Positions 45,885 to 53,397 of a stretch of DNA of 64,000 bases are shown in pieces. The notes below the pieces were generated by a model. The model saw nothing but the letters and a program-made list of their open reading frames with translations. It had not been told where the DNA came from and did not search any database. This DNA comes from an uncultured Clostridia bacterium (GTDB lineage Bacteria; Bacillota; Clostridia; Christensenellales; DTU072). A program made the translations under genes and the position numbers. Location of the stretch: the NCBI GenBank assembly GCA_946621465.1, contig CAMOOO010000006.1:21998-85997 (forward strand). Direction: 5' to 3'. Every line of letters begins with the position of its first letter. The first letter of the stretch is position 1.

Positions 45885-46706
45885 CTATTGCCCTTCATTT
45901 GAAATAATAAACTCTTTCTTAGCTTCGGAAGAATTTTTGGAAAGCTCAGAAAAGGCATCTACTGATACTAGAGAATGAATTTCTACAGATGAAGTGGGTT
46001 TAATATTATTTGCTTTTACGATAAATTCGTTGTTCTCAAATTTCTGATTGCTGATATTATCTATTTGGAGCCATACGAAGGAATTGTCAATATCGTAAAA
46101 ATTTATCTCTGTCGGCATTACTACTTTTATTTCTAGTTCTTTAATATGCATAGAAAAGGAGAAATAAGGCTTCCACCAAAATTCCGCAGTGTCCTTGTAC
46201 CCTCTGATAAAATCCTCTATAATATAACTAAATGTTAGTGTAACAGTATCTCCTTTATGAATGGGAGAGATAATAACGCCTATTTCGTATAACGCTCCAC
46301 TTGATTGACATATATAGGATACATTATTATAGGTTTCAACATAATACGAATATAGATTATCTGAATTCATCCGTTCAATACTTTTCTCTATGGGATAATT
46401 CTCTCCGGTATCCTTATTGACAACACCAAGAAGCGTAATTTTTGATAAATAATCAAATGCCGAGTCATATGTGTTTATTGTTCGATAAAGATTACGATAT
46501 CCTTCTTCTGAATTAGTTTGGACTTCCCATGTTTCAGAGACAGCCATATCCCCATTAGATGATATCACTGCTTCTAAATTAACATTGGACAACCACAATT
46601 CCTCGCCTTCTTCAGATGTCGGAGACTGGTTTTGACAACTAGAAAAAAAAGATAAACTGATTGCACTAAACGAAATCAGTAAAATGAGAACAATTATTCT
46701 TTTCAT
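45885..46706 (-). CDS. Lipoprotein paralogue of the DUF2207 extracellular N-domain only (AT-rich gene)
   Basis: Aligns by eye to residues ~30-260 of the downstream DUF2207 protein (EGYRNLYRT, YEIG.I.., GDTV..TF.Y.IEDF, AEF.WKPY). Lipobox-like FFSSC. No TM or Gly-rich region. Confidence 0.75.
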   Translation of the reverse strand: MKRIIVLILLISFSAISLSFFSSCQNQSPTSEEGEELWLSNVNLEAVISSNGDMAVSETWEVQTNSEEGYRNLYRTINTYDSAFDYLSKITLLGVVNKDTGENYPIEKSIERMNSDNLYSYYVETYNNVSYICQSSGALYEIGVIISPIHKGDTVTLTFSYIIEDFIRGYKDTAEFWWKPYFSFSMHIKELEIKVVMPTEINFYDIDNSFVWLQIDNISNQKFENNEFIVKANNIKPTSSVEIHSLVSVDAFSELSKNSSEAKKEFIISNEGQ

Positions 46707-46711
46707 CTTCG

Positions 46712-47224
46712 TCAGAAAGAAACCTTCGGCGCCTCGCGGCTGGCTTCGTCCGCTTGGAAATATGCCGCCTCTTTGAATTTAAAGATCTTCGCGATGATAT
46801 TACTGGGGAACAGCTCCCTCTTTTGGTTGTAATTCATGACGGTATCGTTATAGAACTGACGCGCATAAGCGATCTTGTTTTCGATCTCCGTCAATTGGTT
46901 TTGTAAATTCATGAAGTTGGTATTTGCTTTCAGTTCGGGATACTTTTCCGCGACGACAAGGAGCCTGGACAACGCGCCGGACAATTCTTTGTTGGCGGCA
47001 ATGGCGTCTTCGGGGGTCTTTGCCGAGCCGACGGAAGCACGCGCCTGAGTTACCTGCGTCAACACTTCGTTCTCGTGCTTTGCATATCCTTTGACCGTTT
47101 CCACCAGGTTGGGGACGAGGTCGTAACGTCTCTTTAATTGCACGTCAATCTGCGCCCAAGCATCGTTGACGCGGCTGCGGAGTTTGACCAGTTTGTTATA
47201 GGTTGCGATAGTAAAAATACACAT
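46712..47224 (-). CDS. lemA: LemA family protein lacking the usual N-terminal TM helix
   Basis: YNKLVKLRSRVNDAWAQIDVQLKRRYDLVPNLVETVKGYAKHE is the LemA core. AAGGAG RBS. An in-frame stop 18 codons upstream excludes a longer N-terminus. Confidence 0.85.
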   Translation of the reverse strand: MCIFTIATYNKLVKLRSRVNDAWAQIDVQLKRRYDLVPNLVETVKGYAKHENEVLTQVTQARASVGSAKTPEDAIAANKELSGALSRLLVVAEKYPELKANTNFMNLQNQLTEIENKIAYARQFYNDTVMNYNQKRELFPSNIIAKIFKFKEAAYFQADEASREAPKVSF

Positions 47225-47293
47225 AGCTACTCTCCTTTTTGTACGATATCGTTTTATTTAGTATATCATGTTTACTTAAAAATTATTTTAACT

Positions 47294-47473
47294 CTATTCC
47301 GCCTTCTGTCGGGGGCATTCTTTGCACTCTCTTTTGTCGCAAGCGGAGCAAGAACAACCGGAACAGGAAGAGCAGGAACAGCCGCCCTTTTTCTTCGTGC
47401 GGATGAGGTAGACGGCGGCAATAACCGCCCAGACGCCCACCAAAAACAGAATGACCCAGTCGACGGCTTTCAT
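47294..47473 (-). CDS. FeoB-associated Cys-rich small membrane protein (59 aa, absent from the ORF track)
   Basis: My translation is MKAVDWVILFLVGVWAVIAAVYLIRTKKKGGCSCSSCSGCSCSACDKRECKECPRQKAE. It has one TM helix then a Cys-rich tail, and the ATG lies 4 nt after the feoB stop. Confidence 0.7.
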   Translation of the reverse strand: MKAVDWVILFLVGVWAVIAAVYLIRTKKKGGCSCSSCSGCSCSACDKRECKECPRQKAE

Positions 47474-47477
47474 TTTC

Positions 47478-49463
47478 TCAACCTCCGCACGCCGCCGCTA
47501 TTTGATAGACGATGGTGGCAAAGACCCAAGCGATCAGGCACTGCACGAGGATAATAAGAAGGGTCGCCGGCAGGCTCTTTAATTCCTTCTTAATGGTCGT
47601 CACCGCCGCAACGCAAGGGGTGTAAAGTAACGTAAACGTCAAAAAGCCGAACGCCGACGCCGGACCGAAGATCATGCTTAAATCGCTCGTCAGAACGCCG
47701 AGGGTACTTACGACGGCTTCCTTTGCGGTAAAGCCGGCAATAAGCGCCGTAGACGCCTGCCACGTCCCGAAACCGCAGGGACGGAAAATGGGTGCGATGA
47801 TCCCACCGATCGCGGCAAGCATACTGCTGCCTGCATCGTCCACGTGGTTGAAACGGATATCGAAACTCTGTAAAAACCAAATAATGATACTGGCGATAAA
47901 GATGACGGTAAAGGCTTTTGTGAGGAAGTCTTTTGCCTTGCTCCACATCAGTAAAAGGACGCTCTTTGGCGACGGAAAACGATAGTTCGGTAGTTCCATG
48001 ACGAAAGGGTTAGGCTTGCCGCGGAACAGGGTGTATTTAAGAAGAAGGGCAAACAGAATACCGATCGCCATTCCGCCGAAGTAGAGCGCCATCATAACAA
48101 GCGCCTTGTACTGTGGGAAAAAGGCGGCGGTAAAAAGTGCGTAAATGGGGATTTTTGCCGAACAGCTCATAAAGGGAATGAGCAAAATGGTCATTTTTCT
48201 GTCTCTGTCTCCGGATAGCGTGCGCGTACTCATGACCGCCGGAACGGAGCAACCGAAACCGATGAGCATCGGTACGATACTTTTGCCCGACAGACCGATT
48301 TTACGGAGCAATTTATCCATAACGAAGGCAACGCGCGCCATATAGCCGGTGTCTTCCAATACCGACAGGAAGAAAAACAGCACCACAATGTACGGAATAA
48401 AGGAAAGGACGCTCCCCACTCCCTGGAAAATACCGTCGGTAATAAGGCTGATCATAATGGGGTTGGTCTGCAAGGTATTCAGCCCGGCTTCGGTCAAAAG
48501 ACAGAGTTTATCTATGCCCATTTCTATCAGCAAGCTGAGGTAATACCCCACTACCTCAAACGTCAGATAAAAGATAAGGAACATCGCCCCTACGAAAATG
48601 GGAATGGCGGCATAGCGATTGGTCAGGACTTTGTCGATCGCCTGGCTACGTCTATGTTCCTTACTCTCCCGACAACGTATAACGGTCGCCGAGCAGACTT
48701 TTTCTATAAAGGTATATCTCATATCGGCGAGAGCGGCGTGTCTGTCCATGCCGTACTCGCTCTCCATCTCAACAATGTTATGTTCCGCCGCTTCCAATTC
48801 GTTCTCGTCCGGCGCGATCAAGTCCACGATCTCCGCGTCCCCTTCGATAACTTTGGTCGCGGCAAAACGGGAACTGATCCCGGCACGTTTGGCGTGGTCT
48901 TCGAGCAGGTACCCCAGCGCGTGGATACACCTGTGTACCGGACCCTCTTCGCAAAAGTCGGTAACCGACGGCAGTATCTTCTTTTTCGCCGTGTCCAGTA
49001 GGACGTTCACCAGATCCCTGACGCCCTCGTTCTTTACGGCGGATATGGGTACAACGGGGACACCCAGACTCTCGGACATCTTTTTTACGTCGATGCTTCC
49101 GCCGCTTGCCGCCACTTCGTCCATCATATTGAGGGCAACGACGGTGGGAATACCCATCTCCAATAATTGCAGCGTTAAATATAAATTTCTTTCCGGATTG
49201 GTTCCGTCAACAATGTTAATAATGCCGTCCGGTTTGGATTTAAGCAAAAAGTCTCTCGTTACGATCTCTTCTCCCGAATAGGGTCGAAGGGAATAAATAC
49301 CGGGCAGGTCCACTACCGTACAATCCTTAACGCCCTTGATCGCCCCCGATTTTCCGTCAACGGTGACACCGGGGAAGTTACCTACGTGCTGGTTTGCTCC
49401 GGTGAGCTGATTAAAAAGCGCGGTCTTACCGCAGTTGGGGTTCCCTATCAATGCAAAAATCAC
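47478..49463 (-). CDS. feoB: Ferrous iron transporter FeoB
   Basis: G-domain motifs GNPNCGKT, DLPG and NMMD, followed by a polytopic permease domain. 4-bp overlap with feoA. Confidence 0.95.
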   Translation of the reverse strand: MIFALIGNPNCGKTALFNQLTGANQHVGNFPGVTVDGKSGAIKGVKDCTVVDLPGIYSLRPYSGEEIVTRDFLLKSKPDGIINIVDGTNPERNLYLTLQLLEMGIPTVVALNMMDEVAASGGSIDVKKMSESLGVPVVPISAVKNEGVRDLVNVLLDTAKKKILPSVTDFCEEGPVHRCIHALGYLLEDHAKRAGISSRFAATKVIEGDAEIVDLIAPDENELEAAEHNIVEMESEYGMDRHAALADMRYTFIEKVCSATVIRCRESKEHRRSQAIDKVLTNRYAAIPIFVGAMFLIFYLTFEVVGYYLSLLIEMGIDKLCLLTEAGLNTLQTNPIMISLITDGIFQGVGSVLSFIPYIVVLFFFLSVLEDTGYMARVAFVMDKLLRKIGLSGKSIVPMLIGFGCSVPAVMSTRTLSGDRDRKMTILLIPFMSCSAKIPIYALFTAAFFPQYKALVMMALYFGGMAIGILFALLLKYTLFRGKPNPFVMELPNYRFPSPKSVLLLMWSKAKDFLTKAFTVIFIASIIIWFLQSFDIRFNHVDDAGSSMLAAIGGIIAPIFRPCGFGTWQASTALIAGFTAKEAVVSTLGVLTSDLSMIFGPASAFGFLTFTLLYTPCVAAVTTIKKELKSLPATLLIILVQCLIAWVFATIVYQIAAACGG

Positions 49464-49684
49464 TCTTCCACCTCTATCATCGTGGCATCCGATTTGCGCA
49501 AAGTCAATTCATATCCCCGGAGACGGACTTCCATCGGATCGCCCATCGGCGCAAATCGAATGACTTTGACCAGCGTTTTCGGGATCAACCCCATATCCAA
49601 TAAACGATATCGAAACTCTCCGTCACCGTTTACTTTTGTCACTCTGCAAGTGCATCCGGCTTTTACTTTGTCCAACGTCATCAT
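49460..49684 (-). CDS. feoA: FeoA family iron transport protein
   Basis: 74-aa SH3-like FeoA pattern (RLLDMGLIPKTLVKVIRFAPMGDPMEV). Confidence 0.9.
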   Translation of the reverse strand: MMTLDKVKAGCTCRVTKVNGDGEFRYRLLDMGLIPKTLVKVIRFAPMGDPMEVRLRGYELTLRKSDATMIEVEE

Positions 49685-49715
49685 CAGTCTCTCCGCAATT
49701 ATATTACGTTTAATT

Positions 49716-49745
49716 AATAATATAAATGATTATCCTCGTTGTCAA
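49716..49745 (-). promoter_or_regulatory. feoAB promoter with an overlapping Fur-box-like sequence
   Basis: On the minus strand TTGACA (49745-49740), 17-nt spacer ACGAGGATAATCATTTA, TATTAT (49722-49717). The spacer and -10 contain GGATAATCATTTATA, matching about 11/15 positions of the 7-1-7 Fur box TGATAATNATTATCA. Confidence 0.45.
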
Positions 49746-49794
49746 CTTTTTGGGGGCAATTGGTGGAAATTGAACGCGACGCGTTCGTTCAAAG

Positions 49795-49866
49795 TTGAAA
49801 AAAGCGAGAGGAAGAAACTTTTTGTCGAAAAAGTTTTTCCTCTCGCGTATGTTTTTACAAAAAATT
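49795..49866. repeat. Long-hairpin intergenic element, copy d
   Basis: GCGAGAGGAAGAAAC-TTTTTGTCGAAAAAG-TTTTTCCTCTCGC with tail GTTTTTACAAAAAA abutting the trpB2 stop codon. Confidence 0.9.
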
Positions 49867-51238
49867 ATTTAATATTCGGTAATTTAGCTAAAGAAGCGGC
49901 GATTTCTTCGTCGGTGGGGATATAGTCGTTCATGACGCCGTCGTTGAACTTCTGATAAGCGACGAGGTCGAAATATCCGGTACCGGTCAGGCCGAAGACG
50001 ATATTCTTTTCTTCGCCCCTTTCTTTGCACTTGAGCGCCTCGTCAATAGCCACTCTGATGGCGTGCGAGGACTCCGGCGCGGGCAGGATGCCTTCTACTC
50101 TGGCGAACAGTTCCGCCGCCTTGAATACTTCCGTTTGTTTGACGGAAACGGCTTCCATAAGTCCATCATCGTACAGCTGCGACAGCACGCTGCTCATGCC
50201 GTGATAGCGTAATCCGCCGGCGTGGTTCGCGGAGGGAATAAATCCGCTCCCGAGGGTATACATCTTTGCCAGCGGGCAAACTTTACCGGTGTCGCAGAAA
50301 TCATAACGATAGGACCCACGAGTAAAGCTGGGGCAAGAGGCAGGCTCTACGGCGATAATGCGGTAGTCTTTTTCCCCTTTGATCTTCTCGCGCATAAAGG
50401 GTGCGATTAAACCGCCGAGGTTGCTTCCGCCGCCGGCGCAACCGATAATGATATCGGCGTCGATACCGTATTTGTCGAGAGCGGTCTTGGTCTCCAATCC
50501 GATAACGGACTGGTGTAACAGAACCTGATTCAGAACGCTACCCAAAACGTAACGATACCCGTCGGACGTGACGGCTTTTTCCACCGCCTCACTGATAGCG
50601 CAACCGAGGCTCCCCGTCGTTCCCGGGAACTCGGCGTTGATTGCCCGACCGATATTGGTCTCCATGGAGGGAGAGGGAGTAACGGACGCACCGTAGGTAC
50701 GCATAACTTCACGACGGAACGGCTTCTGCTCGTAGGATACTTTTACCATGTAGACTTTGCAGTCGAGGTCGAAGTAGGAGCAAGCCATAGAAAGAGCGGT
50801 CCCCCACTGTCCTGCGCCCGTTTCGGTAGTAACGCCTTTTAAGCCCTGCTTCTTCGCGTAATACGCCTGAGCGATGGCGGAGTTGAGCTTATGCGAGCCG
50901 GAAGTGTTGTTGCCCTCGAATTTGTAATAGATGTGCGCAGGGGTACCCAGTTTCTTTTCCAAGAAGTAGGCGCGGACCAGCGGCGAGGGACGGTACATTT
51001 TGTAGAAGTCGAGGATCTCCTTCGGAATGGGAAAATATGCCGTCTCGTTGTCCAATTCTTGCTTTACCAGTTCTTCACAGAAGACGCCGGCGAGTTCCTC
51101 AGCCTTCATCGGTTCTCCGGTGCCGGGATTGAGGAGCGGTGCGGGTTTGTTTTTCATATCCGCACGCAGGTTATACCAAGAGGTAGGCATCTCGCTTTCT
51201 TCCAGGTAGATTTTGTAGGGGATGTTTTCTTTGGCCAT
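49865..51238 (-). CDS. TrpB-like PLP-dependent enzyme (tryptophan synthase beta, TrpB2 type), stand-alone
   Basis: MAKENIPYKIYLEESEMPTSWYNLRADM is a TrpB2-type N-terminus, and the PLP lysine region is HKLNSA. AGGAGG RBS before ATG 51238. The ORF-track extension to 51391 runs through the T-box terminator. Confidence 0.9.
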   Translation of the reverse strand: MAKENIPYKIYLEESEMPTSWYNLRADMKNKPAPLLNPGTGEPMKAEELAGVFCEELVKQELDNETAYFPIPKEILDFYKMYRPSPLVRAYFLEKKLGTPAHIYYKFEGNNTSGSHKLNSAIAQAYYAKKQGLKGVTTETGAGQWGTALSMACSYFDLDCKVYMVKVSYEQKPFRREVMRTYGASVTPSPSMETNIGRAINAEFPGTTGSLGCAISEAVEKAVTSDGYRYVLGSVLNQVLLHQSVIGLETKTALDKYGIDADIIIGCAGGGSNLGGLIAPFMREKIKGEKDYRIIAVEPASCPSFTRGSYRYDFCDTGKVCPLAKMYTLGSGFIPSANHAGGLRYHGMSSVLSQLYDDGLMEAVSVKQTEVFKAAELFARVEGILPAPESSHAIRVAIDEALKCKERGEEKNIVFGLTGTGYFDLVAYQKFNDGVMNDYIPTDEEIAASLAKLPNIK

Positions 51239-51288
51239 AGTATGCCTCCTTTTATGATTTTTTTTATTTGAAACAGGATATAAACATA

Positions 51289-51578
51289 TAAAAAAATCCT
51301 GTCCCATGGCAAAGTCACTTCTTTTGCCGGGACAGGATATTGATTTTTTTATCCTGCGGTGCCACCCTGCTTGGCGCATTCTTGCGCCCACTCATCGCGT
51401 ACTACCATACGCCGATCACTTTTTACGGTCGATCACTCCGTCTCCCATACTCCGCAGTCTTGCGTTTCCGTTCGCCCTCGGGAGTCCATTCCGCTTTCCT
51501 TTCTCCGTCGCAATCCCACCGCCTGCGACTCTCTGTAGAAGAAGTTTCTTGAAAACGTACTCCTCTCCCTCATCGGTT
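51289..51578 (-). promoter_or_regulatory. T-box riboswitch leader, specifier UGG (Trp)
   Basis: All on the minus strand. Stem I start CGAUGAGGGAGAGGAGUA. AGAGAG..GGUGGGA distal motifs. Specifier loop GAA-UGG-A-CUCCCGAG (UGG is plus-strand 51486-51488). T-box sequence AGCAGGGUGGCACCGCAGGAU (51351-51371). Terminator AUCCUGUCCC..GGGACAGGAU plus U7 (51290-51338). Confidence 0.85.
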
Positions 51579-51584
51579 TTCTTA

Positions 51585-51613
51585 ACAATAAACCTTCCGC
51601 AAAGGAATGTCAA
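51585..51613 (-). promoter_or_regulatory. Promoter of the T-box/trpB2 transcript
   Basis: On the minus strand TTGACA (51613-51608), 17-nt spacer, TATTGT (51590-51585). Confidence 0.55.
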
Positions 51614-51671
51614 GTTTTTTTTACAACTTTATAAAAATTTTTTTTTAAAGCGTACGTAAAAAGGCTTCAAA

Positions 51672-51746
51672 AAAAGAATACCGCGAGAGGAAAACCTTTT
51701 TCGACAAAAAGTTTCTTCCTCTCGCGCTCTCCTTTACAAAAACTTA
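51672..51746. repeat. Long-hairpin intergenic element, copy e
   Basis: AAAAGAATAC-CGCGAGAGGAAAACC-TTTTTCGACAAAAAG-TTTCTTCCTCTCGCG-CTCTCCTTTACAAAAAC. Confidence 0.9.
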
Positions 51747-51908
51747 TACTTTACGCCCTTAGCCCAATAATCGGGCGAAGAAAGGGAGCTTGATCGCAAA
51801 TTTTCTTGGGGACCCCGCGAAACGTTGTTTCGTGGGGAACGGCAACGGTCCGGCAACCTTTTACACCTTACTATAAGAATACAAAAAAAACCGCATGGGT
51901 GTTTCTTG

Positions 51909-53045
51909 TTATTTGTTCAATTCTGCAGAATAGTTGATTGATTTAAAATAATCCAAATCATGGACAGCCGACATCAATATTTTTCCATCACTATTAAATC
52001 TTGTGATTGGAACAAGTTGAGAATCTAATGTGTTTGAGTTTTGCAAAGAAACCAATCTTGACCTATATGTCAATTTGCCAGTAACCACAAAATTTCCATT
52101 AATATATTTTGAAGTTGGTGTGTCGTTCCTTGTTATTGTAATCATTTTTGCATTTTCACTCATTGCTGATTCTGAACTATCAATAAACAAGGTTGAAGTT
52201 CCTTTAAACCCTTCTGTTAATGGATAATTTTCAACTTGTTCTGCCTTGTTGAAAATCAAGAAAACTGGGAATTTGATTGTGTTATAATAGTTATAACTGT
52301 TATCATCAATATCTTCTTCCAATGTTTTGTCTAACGCATCTTGTGTTATATATGCACTGCTTAAAACTTCTGGTGTTTTAAGTTGGCTTAATGCTTGAAT
52401 GAACAATGGTGCTTCTGCAAGAGTGGTTGTGTTTTTAGCATAATCTTTATGCAACATTTTTAATTCGTAAAGTTCTTGCTCGGTTAATTCATATTTCAAC
52501 AAAAAACTGCCATAATATTTTTCACTGCCCGGTTTTTGTTCTGCGTTTAAAGCAATGTATAGGTCATTATCTTTTATGTAAACAAAAGATTGAGCAGAAT
52601 ATGTGTCGTTCAAAATGTTGTTCACATCAGAATTTGAATAACCCAAAGATTTTAAACTGCCATAAGGAATTGCTTGATATTGGTTATAATCACCTTTATT
52701 TCCTTCCTTTTCAAATCCGCCCCTTAATTGCTTATAATATTCATCTGTCAAAACTTTTTGCAATGTTGGAGAATATTGGTTCAAATCAATTTTTGTTAAC
52801 AAAGATTCAGAAGTGAACTCTTCAACCACAGGGTCTTGTTCGGTTGGGTTTTGTGGATTAACCGGGTCCAAATTTTCTGGATTTTGAGTTGGTTCCACCA
52901 CTTCATTCTTTGGTTGTTCTGCTGGTTCCTCCACTTCTGGTTTGCAACCAACAAACATTGCCGTGTTTGCCGCCATTGTCACTGCCAATGTGGAAATCAA
53001 TGCTGCTTTTTTGGTTTTTTCAATTAATTTTGAAACTAAATTCAT
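51909..53045 (-). CDS. AT-rich hypothetical lipoprotein
   Basis: 378-aa ORF with lipobox FVGC after a hydrophobic segment and a Pro/Glu/Asn-rich linker. No family recognised. Codon composition is visibly AT-rich relative to its neighbours. Confidence 0.7.
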   Translation of the reverse strand: MNLVSKLIEKTKKAALISTLAVTMAANTAMFVGCKPEVEEPAEQPKNEVVEPTQNPENLDPVNPQNPTEQDPVVEEFTSESLLTKIDLNQYSPTLQKVLTDEYYKQLRGGFEKEGNKGDYNQYQAIPYGSLKSLGYSNSDVNNILNDTYSAQSFVYIKDNDLYIALNAEQKPGSEKYYGSFLLKYELTEQELYELKMLHKDYAKNTTTLAEAPLFIQALSQLKTPEVLSSAYITQDALDKTLEEDIDDNSYNYYNTIKFPVFLIFNKAEQVENYPLTEGFKGTSTLFIDSSESAMSENAKMITITRNDTPTSKYINGNFVVTGKLTYRSRLVSLQNSNTLDSQLVPITRFNSDGKILMSAVHDLDYFKSINYSAELNK

Positions 53046-53317
53046 ATCATTCTCCCTATGTTTTATTTTATCACCGGTTAATGAATTTGTCTATTATTTA
53101 CGCCCTTTCCGAAAAAAAACACGTTTCTTGGGGTTTAGTGTTCTTTGCATTTAAGATTCTTTTGGAAAGTGGAGGGCGACGTATGCAAACAGTCCGACGG
53201 ACCGTTTGTAGCCAAAGTCGGAAGTAATATACGATCACGACCGGGGGTGGCATAGCCACGGGGAAGAACGTTTGTACCCAAAAGGCGCCCCGCAGTTCCT
53301 ATGATTTCAAAAGTATT

Positions 53318-53392
53318 TAGAAAAGAGGAGCGCGATGGGAAAGAACCTCTTTGCCTAAAAAAGGGTTTTTCCCTCGCGATATTCTTTTACCG
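53318..53392. repeat. Long-hairpin intergenic element, copy f (inverted relative to e)
   Basis: GAAAAGAGGAG-CGCGATGGGAAAGAACC-TCTTTGCCTAAAAAAG-GGTTTTTCCCTCGCG-ATATTCTTTT. Its reverse complement aligns along the whole of copy e. Confidence 0.9.
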
Positions 53393-53397
53393 AATAA

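Noticed and set aside
47138-47554. 138-aa plus-strand ORF between lemA and feoB
   Set aside because: It overlaps the 3' end of feoB and the 5' end of lemA in antisense. The minus-strand 59-aa Cys-rich ORF explains the region better.
51239-51391. N-terminal extension of the trpB2 ORF (ORF-track start 51391)
   Set aside because: The extension runs through the T-box terminator and antiterminator and has no homology. ATG 51238 has a perfect AGGAGG RBS and gives the canonical TrpB2 N-terminus.
53160-53300. GC-rich hairpin cluster upstream of the AT-rich lipoprotein gene, as a known structured RNA (SRP RNA, 6S, tmRNA, riboswitch)
   Set aside because: I could not find any of the conserved motifs of these RNAs by eye. 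It is reported only as part of the cassette finding and needs cmscan.
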